NCBI GenBank assembly: GCA_959598745.1
Contig: CAUGFN010000001.1
Span: 3,713 to 67,712, forward strand
From: an uncultured Eubacteriales bacterium
Lineage (GTDB): Bacteria; Bacillota; Clostridia; TANB77; UBA1234
Length of the DNA stretch: 64,000 bases
Direction: 5' to 3'
The notes beneath the pieces are model-generated. The model saw only the letters and a list, made by a program, of their open reading frames with translations, made no database searches and had not been told where the DNA came from. Shown in pieces: positions 10,333-21,078 of this stretch; position 1 is the stretch's first letter; every line of letters begins with the position of its first letter. The translations under genes were made by a program, and so were the position numbers.

Positions 10333-11376
10333 ATGACTGATAATAATGAAAAGAAAAAAGCTTTAGAAGCGGCACTTGGACAGATAGAAAAGCAATTTGG
10401 AAAAGGTGCGGTTATGAAATTGGGAGAAAACGCACAAATGAACATAGATGTTATACCAACTGGTGCATTAAGTTTAGATATAGCACTTGGTATCGGTGGC
10501 GTTCCAAGAGGAAGAATTGTTGAAGTATTTGGTCCAGAATCTTCTGGTAAAACAACTGTTGCTTTACACATGATTGCGGAAGCACAAAAAATGGGTGGAG
10601 AGGCTGCTTTTATAGATGCTGAACATGCATTAGATCCAGTATATGCTAAACACTTAGGCGTTGATATAGATAATTTAATTGTTTCTCAACCAGATACAGG
10701 TGAGCAGGCTTTAGAAATTGCAGAGGCTTTGGTTAGAAGTGGTGCTATAGATATTTTGGTTGTTGACTCTGTTGCTGCATTAGTTCCTAAAGCAGAAATA
10801 GATGGAGATATGGGAGATTCTCATGTTGGACTTCAAGCTAGACTTATGTCACAAGCTCTTAGAAAACTTGCAGGTGTACTTAATAAATCTAATACAGTTG
10901 CAATATTTATAAATCAGTTACGTGAAAAGGTTGGAGTAATGTTTGGAAATCCAGAAGTGACTCCTGGCGGTAGAGCTCTTAAGTTTTATTCTTCAGTTAG
11001 ATTAGATGTAAGAAGAGTAGAAGCTTTAAAGATAAATAACGAGGTTGTTGGTAATAGAACTAGAGTTAAAGTTGTAAAGAATAAAGTCGCTCCTCCATTT
11101 AGAGAAGCTGAATTTGATATAGTTTATGGAGAGGGTATTTCAAAAGAAGGAAATGTATTAGATATAGGTGTTAACTTAAACATCGTTGAAAAAGCAGGAG
11201 CTTGGTTCAGTTATAATGGTACAAGAATAGGACAAGGTAGAGAAAATGCAAAACAATATTTAAAAGACAATCCTACTGTTTGTGCAGAAATTGAAACTAA
11301 GATTAGAGAAAATTATAACGATGCTTTTGATAAAAGTTTAAGTGAAAGTATAGAAAAAATATCAGAAGATGAATAA
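10333..11376 (+). CDS. recA: Recombinase RecA
   Basis: Walker [10 protein letters not shown] and the full-length conserved RecA sequence. Confidence 0.96.
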   Translation: MTDNNEKKKALEAALGQIEKQFGKGAVMKLGENAQMNIDVIPTGALSLDIALGIGGVPRGRIVEVFGPESSGKTTVALHMIAEAQKMGGEAAFIDAEHALDPVYAKHLGVDIDNLIVSQPDTGEQALEIAEALVRSGAIDILVVDSVAALVPKAEIDGDMGDSHVGLQARLMSQALRKLAGVLNKSNTVAIFINQLREKVGVMFGNPEVTPGGRALKFYSSVRLDVRRVEALKINNEVVGNRTRVKVVKNKVAPPFREAEFDIVYGEGISKEGNVLDIGVNLNIVEKAGAWFSYNGTRIGQGRENAKQYLKDNPTVCAEIETKIRENYNDAFDKSLSESIEKISEDE

Positions 11377-11428
11377 AGAGAATATAAGACGGGCCATACC
11401 CGTCTTATGTTTTATGGGAGGTATGCAA

Positions 11429-11866
11429 ATGATTGTTGATGATAAAATTATGAAATATATTGTGTTCAAAAAAAGAACAGAAGAAGAACTGAAAAATAAA
11501 TGTAAAATGCTAAAATACGATGATGAAACCATAGAGCAGATTGTGGAATATTTGAAAGAAAACGGATATATAAATGATGAGGTTTATGTAGAAAAGTATA
11601 TAAAAAACGTAATGAGATTAAAAGCTTGCTCAATAAGAGAAATAAAAATTGATCTTATGAAAAGAGGGATAAATGAAGATTTAATAGATAAATATATAAC
11701 AGATGACTTGGAGAGTTTTGAGGAAAAGTCAGCTAAAGAATTGGCAATAAAAAAATCTAAAATTGGTGATATAGAAAAAGTAAAAAGATATCTTTTAAAT
11801 AAGGGTTTTTCATATACCAATGTGGCTAAAGCAATTGACAATTTAGCTGATTTAGATGATAATTAA
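11429..11866 (+). CDS. recX: Regulatory protein RecX
   Basis: Directly downstream of recA. GGGAGG RBS 7 nt before the ATG at 11429; a hairpin plus U-run at 11392-11415 precedes it. Size and composition fit RecX. Confidence 0.75.
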   Translation: MIVDDKIMKYIVFKKRTEEELKNKCKMLKYDDETIEQIVEYLKENGYINDEVYVEKYIKNVMRLKACSIREIKIDLMKRGINEDLIDKYITDDLESFEEKSAKELAIKKSKIGDIEKVKRYLLNKGFSYTNVAKAIDNLADLDDN

Positions 11867-11904
11867 TACGTACATAAAATATTTTTATAGGAGGAAATTT
11901 GAAG

Positions 11905-12783
11905 ATGAATAACATATTACAAAAGGCTTCAGAGGCAGCTACATATATTAATTCTAAAATTGATTGTAGACCTAAAATTGCAATTATATTAGGTTCAGGA
12001 CTTGGTTCATTGGCAGATGAAGTTTATGAAAACAGAGTAGAGATTCCTTATGGTGAGATTCCAAACTTTCCTTTATCAAAAGTTGAAGGACATAACAATA
12101 AATTAATCATCGGAAAGATTTATGATAAAGACGTTATAATAATGCAAGGAAGATTTCATTACTATGAAGGCTATGAGATGAATGAAGTTGCTTTTCCTAT
12201 AAGAGTATTAGCGTTACTTGGCATAGAAAGTTTAATAATATCTAATGCTGCGGGTGGAATAAATAAAAAATTCAAGCCTCAAGATTTGATGATTATAAAA
12301 GACCACATAAACATATGTGGAGAATCACCACTTAGAGGAACAAATGAAGATGCGTTTGGAACAAGATTTCCTAGCATGACGAATGCTTATTCAAAGAGAC
12401 TTATAAATCTTGCCAAAGACGTTGCATCACTTAAGGCCTATGGAGATATGCTTGATAAGAAGGCAATGAGGATTGCAAAAGATAGTGATGATTTAGCGAT
12501 TGATTTAAAAGAAGGTGTGTATGCTTTTATGCCAGGTCCACAGTATGAAACAACGGCAGAAATAAAAATGCTTGAAATTTTAGGAGCAGATGCTGTTGGA
12601 ATGTCAACAGTGCCAGAGGTTATTGCAGCATCACATTCAGGAATAGAAGTGCTAGGGATTTCTTGCATTACTAATGTTGTTGGTGGCAATGAAGTTCCTT
12701 CACATGAAGAAGTTGTTGAAAATGCTGCACAAGTTGAAGAAAAATTCAAAACATTAATTATGCGAATTATAATGAAAATGTAG
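11905..12783 (+). CDS. punA: Purine nucleoside phosphorylase (PNP/MTAP family 2)
   Basis: Motifs IAIILGSGLG and GMSTVPEV, typical of PunA-type PNP. Confidence 0.75.
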   Translation: MNNILQKASEAATYINSKIDCRPKIAIILGSGLGSLADEVYENRVEIPYGEIPNFPLSKVEGHNNKLIIGKIYDKDVIIMQGRFHYYEGYEMNEVAFPIRVLALLGIESLIISNAAGGINKKFKPQDLMIIKDHINICGESPLRGTNEDAFGTRFPSMTNAYSKRLINLAKDVASLKAYGDMLDKKAMRIAKDSDDLAIDLKEGVYAFMPGPQYETTAEIKMLEILGADAVGMSTVPEVIAASHSGIEVLGISCITNVVGGNEVPSHEEVVENAAQVEEKFKTLIMRIIMKM

Positions 12784-12798
12784 TGCTACGGGGGAAAA

Positions 12799-13536
12799 AT
12801 GGAACAATACACGATAAAGATGGAGAACTTTGAGGGCCCACTAGATTTACTTTGCCATTTGATTGACAAGAACAAAATGGATATATGTGATATAAAGATT
12901 TGTGAAATAACAGATCAATATTTAGAGTATCTAAATGAGATGCATCAAATGAATTTGGATGTTACAAGTGAATTTATAGTGATGGCTTCAAGATTAATAT
13001 ATTTAAAATCAAAATCACTTCTTCCGACTGTTGTTGAAGATGATGAGGAAGAAATTGATTTGGTACAAATGCTTATAGAATATAAAAAATATAAAGAGTA
13101 TACAAAAACATTAAAGGAACGTATTGAAGTATATGGAGGCAAATTTTATAAATTGCCTGATAAAATAGAGTTGCCAAAAGGTAAATTGGAGGGCAGTTTT
13201 GATAGCAATTTAATTCCGAGCATATATAATGATTTTGTAACGAAGGAGGAGGCTAAAAGAAATTTAAGAGCAGATAATATAAATAGACTTGCTACAAGCG
13301 AAAAGTACACGATAAAGAATAAGATAAGAGAGATATTAAAAGAATTATGGAAAAAGTCAAGCTTTGTATTTAATAAGCTTTTTAATGTGAAAAAGAAGCC
13401 GAAGGCAGAAGTTGTTACAGCTTTTTTAAGCCTTTTAGAATTATCAAAAATGAGTAGAATAAAAATTACGCAAGACTCTTTATTCGGAGATATAAATGTT
13501 ACAAAAATAAAGAAAAATAGGGGTGAAGAATCTTGA
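12799..13536 (+). CDS. scpA: Segregation and condensation protein A
   Basis: ENFEGPLDLLCHLIDKNKMDI is the ScpA signature. Confidence 0.85.
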   Translation: MEQYTIKMENFEGPLDLLCHLIDKNKMDICDIKICEITDQYLEYLNEMHQMNLDVTSEFIVMASRLIYLKSKSLLPTVVEDDEEEIDLVQMLIEYKKYKEYTKTLKERIEVYGGKFYKLPDKIELPKGKLEGSFDSNLIPSIYNDFVTKEEAKRNLRADNINRLATSEKYTIKNKIREILKELWKKSSFVFNKLFNVKKKPKAEVVTAFLSLLELSKMSRIKITQDSLFGDINVTKIKKNRGEES

Positions 13537-14402
13537 AAAATGGAATAGCTTTTAGTGGCGGAGGCTTGAAAATTTTTGCACATATAGGTGCATTAAAAGC
13601 GTTAGAGGAACTTGGAGTTGAATTTGATTATGTCTCAGGAACTAGTTCCGGAAGTGTGATTGCAGCTTTTTATGCATTAGGAATAAAACCTAATGATATG
13701 TTTAAAATAATTTCTAGCAGATATAAAGATATAGCTAAAATTAATGTTAGAAATGTGTTTGGTTCAGCCATTAAATCAATTGCTAAAAATGAACTAAAAT
13801 TAAAATCGTTGATAAATGGAAGCAAAATAGAAAATGCAATGCGAAATATGTTAATAGAAGAAAAAATCACAAAAACTGATATGAAAGACCTGGATAAAAA
13901 ACTTGCAATTGTTTCGTGTGATACAGTAAGCACAAAAGAAGTTATATTTTTATCTGATGATTTTAATATCAAAAATACAGAAAGAACTGACTATATAATT
14001 GGTGCTGAAATTTCAAAAGCTATTAGAGCAAGCATGTCATTTCCAGGAGTGCTTACACCTTGTGACTTTGAAAAGTATAATTTAATTGATGGTGGAACAG
14101 TAAATAATTTGCCAACAAAAGTTTTGAAAGAAATGGGAGCAGAAAAAGTACTTGGTGTCTGTTTTGAATTGAATTCATATGAACCCGAGGATGATATATT
14201 AAGTGTTGCTTTAAGGGCTGCAGATATATTTTCTATTTTGAATATGTCAGTTGCAAAAGAATATTTAAATTTATTGCTAGAACTTTCAATTCCGGATACA
14301 GGGTTATTGGACATAAAAGATGTGAATCATGTTATTGATTTAGGCTATAACGAAACTATGGCTCAGAAAGAATTAATTTTAAGAGAATTTAAAAATTATT
14401 AG
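13533..14402 (+). CDS. Patatin-like phospholipase
   Basis: GGGLKIFAHIGALKALEE...GTSSGS (GxSxG lipase motif) and a DGG motif. Confidence 0.8.
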   Translation: MKNGIAFSGGGLKIFAHIGALKALEELGVEFDYVSGTSSGSVIAAFYALGIKPNDMFKIISSRYKDIAKINVRNVFGSAIKSIAKNELKLKSLINGSKIENAMRNMLIEEKITKTDMKDLDKKLAIVSCDTVSTKEVIFLSDDFNIKNTERTDYIIGAEISKAIRASMSFPGVLTPCDFEKYNLIDGGTVNNLPTKVLKEMGAEKVLGVCFELNSYEPEDDILSVALRAADIFSILNMSVAKEYLNLLLELSIPDTGLLDIKDVNHVIDLGYNETMAQKELILREFKNY

Positions 14403-14443
14403 AAAGGAGTTCATAAACTTTATATAGTTTATGTAATAATGAT

Positions 14444-15196
14444 ATGAAAAAAATAATTAAATTGGTAATAGCAATTATAGTTGCACTTGCAATAATTAGT
14501 GGGATAATGATTTTAGTAGATTGTAGCTCTATAAAAAGTGAAAAAGAGCCTATATTTGCAAAGATGTCAGCAGCCTTAAATGACGGTGGTACTGTCATAT
14601 ATACAGGTTTTGGTTATAAGATAATAGATTTTCATATGCTAAATGGATATGATGAAACAAAAGTTGGTACTTTGTTTACAAAACCAGAAGATTTTAGTGA
14701 GGAATACAAAAAATATGATGTAAATCTAATACCAAAAGATGATGATAAAAACCAAAATAATGGTGATAATAAAATAAACAGTGGAGATACTGAAAAAGAA
14801 AGCGGAGACAAAAATCAAGTAAGTGGCGATACAACTATAAGTAGCGGAGAACATGAAGTTAATAGTGGAGATAACGCTACAGTAAGTGGAGAGAAAAATA
14901 ACAGCATTGAACAACCAACTCAAAGTGGCGATTTAGAGAAATCAGGTGATAAAAAGGAAGTTGAGACGTTCTTTATAGGAAGCATTATTGGAATAAAAGG
15001 AGATATTATGCTTGTTACACCTTTAGAGGATCAAGAAATACTTAAATCTTCAGATATAATTAGTTTTTCAATAAAAAATGAAAACTCAAAAGATTATATA
15101 ATTGGACAAAAGGTAAAAGTAACATATATTGGAGATGTAAAAGAAACTTATCCTGCTGGAGTAGATGCTATCAGTGTTGACATAGTAAATAATTAA
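14444..15196 (+). CDS. Membrane-anchored/secreted protein with SGD/SGE low-complexity repeats
   Basis: N-terminal hydrophobic segment. Repeated NSGD/VSGD/SSGE/VSGE units in the middle of the protein. Confidence 0.4.
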   Translation: MKKIIKLVIAIIVALAIISGIMILVDCSSIKSEKEPIFAKMSAALNDGGTVIYTGFGYKIIDFHMLNGYDETKVGTLFTKPEDFSEEYKKYDVNLIPKDDDKNQNNGDNKINSGDTEKESGDKNQVSGDTTISSGEHEVNSGDNATVSGEKNNSIEQPTQSGDLEKSGDKKEVETFFIGSIIGIKGDIMLVTPLEDQEILKSSDIISFSIKNENSKDYIIGQKVKVTYIGDVKETYPAGVDAISVDIVNN

Positions 15197-15267
15197 AATA
15201 AATAGAATATTTTTATATAAAAAAGCCCATATTATTTTTAAAGCATAAATTAAGGAGGTAAAATAAT

Positions 15268-15777
15268 ATGAGCGAGCATCCTATTGAGGGACTTATGAAT
15301 ACTGCTATGAACAACTTAAGAGATATGATAGATGTAAATACTATTATAGGAGATTCTATTGAAACTGCAAACGGTACTGTTATAATACCGATATCAAAAG
15401 TCTCATTTGGTTTTGCGGCAGGTGGCAGTGAATTTAATATGAGTACATTAGAAGAGACAAAACGAAGTGGTTCAGAAGAGGAAACCAAGCATGCACTTCC
15501 TTTTGGTGGAGGTAGTGGAGCTGGTGTGCATATTGAACCAATTGGTTTCTTAGTGATAACAGAAGGCTCAACAAAAATGATACCAGTTGACCATTGCAAT
15601 GCAATTGATAAATTATTGGATTATGTGCCTGACGTTATAGATAAAATAACACAATTGTTTGATAGAGATAGAACATATACGTATGAGTTTTATGAAGATG
15701 AAAATGGTAACACTCATGAAGAATGTTCATGCGGTTGTGGAGAAGATGTTGAAGAGAATGAAAACGAAAATGAATAG
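15268..15777 (+). CDS. ytfJ: GerW/YtfJ family sporulation protein with acidic Cys-rich C-terminal tail
   Basis: MSEHPIEGLMNTAMNNLRDMIDVNTIIGD... resembles YtfJ/GerW. The tail CSCGCGEDVEENENENE is unusual. Confidence 0.7.
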   Translation: MSEHPIEGLMNTAMNNLRDMIDVNTIIGDSIETANGTVIIPISKVSFGFAAGGSEFNMSTLEETKRSGSEEETKHALPFGGGSGAGVHIEPIGFLVITEGSTKMIPVDHCNAIDKLLDYVPDVIDKITQLFDRDRTYTYEFYEDENGNTHEECSCGCGEDVEENENENE

Positions 15778-15928
15778 CAATATATTTTAGAATAAAAATA
15801 ACCATTTACAAAAACTGTTCTTAGAATTGAGCAGAATGTAAATGGTTGTTTTTATATGACTTTATTTTGATTTTTAAATAAAAAGCCTTCAGCCATTTAC
15901 GTAGCTGAAGGTAAAATTAAAATATGTT

Positions 15929-16372
15929 TTATTTCTTTTGAAGAACAGCAACTATTGCAACAACAGCAACAACAATTACTATAGCAATTACTGCACCAAC
16001 TGTGCTAGTTTTTTGTGTAGAAGGTGTTGTTGTGTTATCATCTTTTGATGTAGTATTATCATCTGTTGTTGTAGGTGTTTTTGTATCTTCTGGAGTTTTT
16101 TCTTCACCAGAAACTTCTCCTGATACTTCGCCAGAAACTTCGCCTGAAGTTTCTCCAGAAGTCTTGTTAGATATTTCTCCTGAAACCTCACCAGAAGTTT
16201 CTCCTGAAACTAATTCTTCGCCAGATTTTTCAGCTGTATCTATAGTTTCTCCACTCTCTGTAGTTATTTGAGCAGGTGAAATTAAAAGCGTACTTCCATC
16301 TGTTTCTGCAAAAACTAATGATAAAGAAAAGATCATGACTAAAGATACTAATAAAGCTATTTTCTTTGCCAT
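15929..16372 (-). CDS. Small secreted repeat protein (signal peptide, TSGE/VSGE repeats, C-terminal TM anchor)
   Basis: ORF track translation: signal peptide, (T/V)SGE(V/T) repeats, Thr-rich stretch, C-terminal hydrophobic anchor. Hairpin terminator on the minus strand at about 15890-15925. Confidence 0.5.
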   Translation of the reverse strand: MAKKIALLVSLVMIFSLSLVFAETDGSTLLISPAQITTESGETIDTAEKSGEELVSGETSGEVSGEISNKTSGETSGEVSGEVSGEVSGEEKTPEDTKTPTTTDDNTTSKDDNTTTPSTQKTSTVGAVIAIVIVVAVVAIVAVLQKK

Positions 16373-16548
16373 CTTAAAATCATCCTCCTTATAAAATTTG
16401 ATAATTATATTGATTAATCACCTAGGACATTATACAATAATAATGTCTTAATGTCTAGTGAAATAGAAAAAAATGGGATACTTAATCGAAAATAAAAATG
16501 TTAGATATTAGGTTTTACAATAGTATTAGGATTTAAGAGGAGAAAAGA

Positions 16549-17187
16549 ATGAGATTAAAAAAAGTAAAGGATGCAAAAGAAAGAGTCGAAGCTTCTGAAT
16601 ATTACGTGAGCACTCCAAGCGAATACAAAGGAAAATGGAATGAATTTTTTAAAAACAACAATCCTATTCATATAGAAATTGGTATGGGTAAAGGAAACTT
16701 TGTTATTGGTATGGCAAAAGCACATAAAGATATAAATTATATTGGAATAGAAATGTATGATAGTGTTATGGTTAAGGCAGTAGAAAAATTAAAACAAGAA
16801 GAAAAGCCTTTAAAAAATTTAAAACTTGTGCTAATTGATGCTATGAAGATTGATGAAATTTTCGAAAACGAAATCTCACGTATATATCTCAATTTTTCGG
16901 ATCCTTGGCCAAAGGCAAAACACGAAAAAAGAAGATTAACAAGCAAGATTTTTTTAGAAAAATATGATAAAATATTTAAAGGACAAAAACAAATATTTCA
17001 AAAAACAGATAATAACGATTTGTTTGATTTTTCTATGGTATCACTTGTTGAAAATGGCTATGAATTAAGAAATGTGACAAGAGATTTGCACTCTGAAAAT
17101 GTTAGTGATAATATAATGACGGAATATGAGGAAAAGTTTTCAAATGCTGGAATAAAAATAAATAAATTGGAAGCATACAAAGACTAA
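16549..17187 (+). CDS. trmB: tRNA (guanine46-N7)-methyltransferase
   Basis: IEIGMGKGNF...FSDPWPKAKHEKRRL motifs. Confidence 0.9.
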   Translation: MRLKKVKDAKERVEASEYYVSTPSEYKGKWNEFFKNNNPIHIEIGMGKGNFVIGMAKAHKDINYIGIEMYDSVMVKAVEKLKQEEKPLKNLKLVLIDAMKIDEIFENEISRIYLNFSDPWPKAKHEKRRLTSKIFLEKYDKIFKGQKQIFQKTDNNDLFDFSMVSLVENGYELRNVTRDLHSENVSDNIMTEYEEKFSNAGIKINKLEAYKD

Positions 17188-17208
17188 AGATAAAAGTGGA
17201 GGTAATTA

Positions 17209-18393
17209 ATGAAAAAAAACGGATTGATTTTTTTGTTTATTATAATTTTAGCACTTTTAATAGGACTAATAGCATTTAGCTCTAGAAATAATGGAAATAT
17301 TATACAAAGTCCAAATGATAATATTATTGATTTGACTAAAGAGAATAAAACAAAAGTTATGTGGAATGGTAGTAATTTGCTAATGTATGATGATTATATA
17401 TATTATGTCGATAACGAAGTTGGATATAACGGCGAAAGTGAAAACAAACTATGTAGAATTAAGTTAACAGGTGAAAATAAAGTGGAAGTTATGTATAAGA
17501 CTTCGCAATACGATATTGAAAATAGATTATACATATTTAATAATAATTTATTTTTCACGGTTTTAGGTCAAACCTTGTATATGAATCTTGACGATACTAG
17601 TTACATTAAAAAATTTTGTGTTGGTAAATTGTATAGCATTCAGGATGGAAATATAATATATCTATATCAAAATAAACTATGCAAAGCAGAATATTACAGA
17701 GAAACATTAATTGTTAGAAATCCGATATCACTAGTAAGTGGAAATTCGAGTTTTATGATTGAAGATGATGTAAATTTGTACTTTTCTTCTTCAAACAGTG
17801 ATGGTAGTATTTCTATTTTTAAAGTGAATAAAGAAAAACAATACGCGAATGTGCTAGACAGAATTTATATGAAGAATGAGAGTGAACAGCAGGTAATTGA
17901 TAGTGCTGTTACAGATAATGGATTATATGTTTTAATAGAGAGAAAAATGCCGGCTGGCGGTTCAAAATATATTCTTGAAAAAGTAAAAAAAGACGGTTCA
18001 GAGACGCAATCAATAGATTTGACAGGAGATGTTTATGAAATAAAATATGCAGACAACTCAAATATATATTTTATTTGTTATGGTGAAACTGAATTGAGAA
18101 AGTATAGTGAAAAATCTGAGAAAATTGAATCTGTGAAAGAAAATGACATGCCAATCATATACTCTTTACAAAAAGAAGAAACATCATTAAAACTATATAA
18201 GAATAATTCCTTAATTTGTGATATTTGTGAAGTGTATAGAGAAAATGCTCAAAATATTAATATAAGAGAAAAGGATAATTATATCTATATCGATTTTAAT
18301 TTAATTGACGGAATGTCAAGCGTTGGAGAATATATGATTTATAGGTTAAAGAAAGACGGAACAGAGTTAGAAAGATTGAACCAAAATATTTAA
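17209..18393 (+). CDS. N-terminally anchored hypothetical protein (possibly DUF5050-like beta-propeller)
   Basis: TM helix followed by a repetitive beta-rich domain. No confident family. Confidence 0.35.
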   Translation: MKKNGLIFLFIIILALLIGLIAFSSRNNGNIIQSPNDNIIDLTKENKTKVMWNGSNLLMYDDYIYYVDNEVGYNGESENKLCRIKLTGENKVEVMYKTSQYDIENRLYIFNNNLFFTVLGQTLYMNLDDTSYIKKFCVGKLYSIQDGNIIYLYQNKLCKAEYYRETLIVRNPISLVSGNSSFMIEDDVNLYFSSSNSDGSISIFKVNKEKQYANVLDRIYMKNESEQQVIDSAVTDNGLYVLIERKMPAGGSKYILEKVKKDGSETQSIDLTGDVYEIKYADNSNIYFICYGETELRKYSEKSEKIESVKENDMPIIYSLQKEETSLKLYKNNSLICDICEVYRENAQNINIREKDNYIYIDFNLIDGMSSVGEYMIYRLKKDGTELERLNQNI

Positions 18394-18405
18394 AGGAGGA
18401 TTTAT

Positions 18406-19701
18406 ATGGATAAAAAAGAAAAGATTTTTATAGTAGCAATAACATTAGTTATATTGATAGCAGTATTTTTGGCATTTTTAGTTTCTAATTCAAAAAAGCT
18501 TCCACCAGAGCTTACCGTACAAAATGTGGATAAAAAAAGTATAACATCAGTACTTGGCGGATATTCTTGGAAAGTTTTTGGCAATATAACTTCTACTGAT
18601 GCAATTGATTTGAAAGACTTTGAGTACAATACTAATAATACATTAGTTTCTAAAACAAACGAGATAATAACAGCATCTACAACAGAAAAATTTACAATAC
18701 AAGAAGTAAAGTATGCTAGCACTCTTAATGGAGAAACTTTTGATGTTACTTCTAAATTTGATGAGGCGGGAAATTACTTTACAATATATTCTCCAGAATT
18801 AGAAGGAACATATATATGCTTAATAAAATTAGATTTCTATTCTAAGGGTTCAGCTGAATACGGGTTTAAACTTGTTGTTACAGATGAGAACATATACGAT
18901 GTTGATGAAATGCTAAAGTATAGAAATACTAAGGCTTCAGATTTAGTAAAAGTAAAAGAAATTCTAAATCAATTAGCATATTCAAAAAATATTTCTGGCA
19001 TCGTAATTGATTCAGATACGAAAACTTTGTCTGTAAAATATGCAAATACTCCAATAGATGACAGAGATGATTTAAAAAATAACACGATTGCATTATTTGC
19101 ATTAGTTCCTGAATTAAATACTATTCAGTATGAAGTTGCAAATGGTCCTGTAGCAAACTATTCATATTCTAGAGATGAAATTAATTATCAAATAGGTAGA
19201 GATGTTTTGGAATATGCTATAGATAGTGATTTATGGAAGAAGGAAGTCATATACGGAGAGAAAGAGGCTGCAAATGAAGATATTTCATTATATTCATCTT
19301 TAATTTCATCAGCACTTTCAAAAATTTCTGAAAAGGACATAGGTGAGTATATAGCTATTGATATAAATGAAAATAATACAAGTGGTGAAATAAATTTAAG
19401 TCAATATGATTTTGAAAAAGTTTGCAAAGGTCTAATGAATGAACAAAAAGATTGGATAAAACTAGAGTCTGGTGATTCTAATCATAACAAAGGAACTTTA
19501 ATTAAGATAAGTGTAAATAGAGCTGAAGAAGAAAATGAATTTATTTTGAATGTAACGTTAATTACTTCAAAAAATAATAAAATTGATGCAGTTTATAGAG
19601 CTTTAAAACATGAAAGAGCAATCACGATAAGAGAAGGAATTGAGCCAATTGCAAGTGTAAGTGGCGAAGAAATGATTAGTGGAGAAGTAAACAAGGATTA
19701 A
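18406..19701 (+). CDS. N-terminally anchored hypothetical protein
   Basis: ORF with TM helix; hairpin terminator at about 19708-19745. Confidence 0.35.
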   Translation: MDKKEKIFIVAITLVILIAVFLAFLVSNSKKLPPELTVQNVDKKSITSVLGGYSWKVFGNITSTDAIDLKDFEYNTNNTLVSKTNEIITASTTEKFTIQEVKYASTLNGETFDVTSKFDEAGNYFTIYSPELEGTYICLIKLDFYSKGSAEYGFKLVVTDENIYDVDEMLKYRNTKASDLVKVKEILNQLAYSKNISGIVIDSDTKTLSVKYANTPIDDRDDLKNNTIALFALVPELNTIQYEVANGPVANYSYSRDEINYQIGRDVLEYAIDSDLWKKEVIYGEKEAANEDISLYSSLISSALSKISEKDIGEYIAIDINENNTSGEINLSQYDFEKVCKGLMNEQKDWIKLESGDSNHNKGTLIKISVNRAEEENEFILNVTLITSKNNKIDAVYRALKHERAITIREGIEPIASVSGEEMISGEVNKD

Positions 19702-19784
19702 TAAGGGAAACCTCAAATGGTGCGTCAAAGCACTGTTTGAGGTTTTACTTGTATGAAAAATTCAAAGTCACAAGGAAGAAATCT

Positions 19785-20327
19785 ATGAAGAAAATAACTA
19801 AGAATAATAAATTGATTATTTGGAAAAATATTCTTATGAAAATCTTGTGTATAATTATTTTTATTGTTAGTAGTATTTTGATTTTAAAAATTAAAATCCA
19901 AGTGAATATAGAGAGCCGTGGAATGAATGCATTTTTAAAACTAAAAGTAGGACCAGTAGAAATAAAGAAAAATGGCAGAGTGGTTGGCAAAAGAAAAAAA
20001 GGTAATAATTTAAAAGGAGAGAAGAAAAAGAAAATTAGCGCAAATGAGATAAAACAAATTATGAAAAGCGTTGAATTAACATATTTTGATGCAAATCTAA
20101 AAGTTGGCCTACTTTTTTTATTTCCGACTGTATTTTCGATTCCCATACTATCTACTCTTTTAGAATGTTTAAAAATGTTGCCTTTTAAAAAGATTGGTCA
20201 TTATAAGTACGTGATTTTGCAGGAGTATGATAGATTAATATTTGACACCAATATTAATATTGTATTAAAGATGAGGGTATTTGATGTGTTGAAATTGGCA
20301 ATAAAGCACCAAAATAAGCTAGCATGA
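19785..20327 (+). CDS. Hypothetical membrane protein (180 aa)
   Basis: ATG at 19785 with AAGGAAG RBS, downstream of the previous gene's terminator. The ORF-track start at 19737 would run through that terminator. Confidence 0.4.
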   Translation: MKKITKNNKLIIWKNILMKILCIIIFIVSSILILKIKIQVNIESRGMNAFLKLKVGPVEIKKNGRVVGKRKKGNNLKGEKKKKISANEIKQIMKSVELTYFDANLKVGLLFLFPTVFSIPILSTLLECLKMLPFKKIGHYKYVILQEYDRLIFDTNINIVLKMRVFDVLKLAIKHQNKLA

Positions 20328-20405
20328 ATGATGTAAATATATGTTGATTTTAGTCAAAAATTATTGTATTATGTATAGTAGTTCTTAAAAAGGAGATGAA
20401 ATGGA

Positions 20406-21078
20406 ATGAGTTTGGTTGAGGCAAAAGATGTACATTTTAGTTATCCTGCGAAAAAAGATGCTTTGAATGGAGTAAGTTTTAAAATAGAAGAAGGAGATTT
20501 TGTTTGTGTATTTGGTGAGAACGGCTCTGGTAAAAGTACACTTATGAAGTGCATTTTGGGTTTATACAAGCCACAGTCTGGAGAAATAATTGTTAACGAT
20601 AGAATCCGGATATTTACCACAAAAAACTGAAATACAAAGTAATTTTCCAGCATCGATTGAAGAGGTTGTTCTAAGCGGTACAATTGTTAATAATATAAAT
20701 AAAATTTGGTACAGCAAAAGAGATATAGCTATAGCAAACAAGGTTATGAAAGAGTTGGATTTGTTTGATATAAAAAATAAGTGTTTTAGAGATTTATCTG
20801 GTGGCCAGCAGCAAAGAGTTTTAATAGCTAGAGCGATATGTGCAACAGAAAAAGTTATCATTCTAGATGAACCGACAAATGGCCTTGATCCTGCTATTTC
20901 TACTCAAATATATGAAATCTTAGAAAGACTAAATAAAAAAAGAGGCTTGACAGTTATAATGGTTTCACATGATATTTCAAGGGCTATAAAATATTGTAGT
21001 AGGGTTATAGAAATTAAAGATGGAAGAGTTACATATATAGGCGATGCAAAAAGCTACAAAGGTGGAGGTGTTGCTTAG
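20406..21078 (+). pseudogene. Metal (Zn/Mn-type) ABC transporter ATP-binding protein, interrupted by a frameshift near 20610-20625
   Basis: The Walker A half (GENGSGKST, ORF 20406..20630) and the Q-loop/signature/Walker B half (LSGGQQQRV, ILDEPT, ORF 20590..21078) are in different frames and overlap. Read across the frames, the sequence fuses (SGEIIVNDRI/GYLPQK). Confidence 0.6.

Noticed and set aside
16002-16271. Plus-strand ORF with SPETSPE repeats
   Set aside because: Antisense shadow of the minus-strand SGE-repeat gene 15929..16372, which has the signal peptide, anchor and terminator.
19737-19784. Upstream extension of the ORF at 19785
   Set aside because: It would start inside the preceding gene's terminator hairpin (AAACCTCAAA...TTTGAGGTTT). 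The ATG at 19785 has a proper RBS.
20328-20405. Zur/MntR operator upstream of the metal ABC operon
   Set aside because: No convincing palindrome resembling AAATCGTAAT-N-ATTACGATTT was found in the short AT-rich leader.
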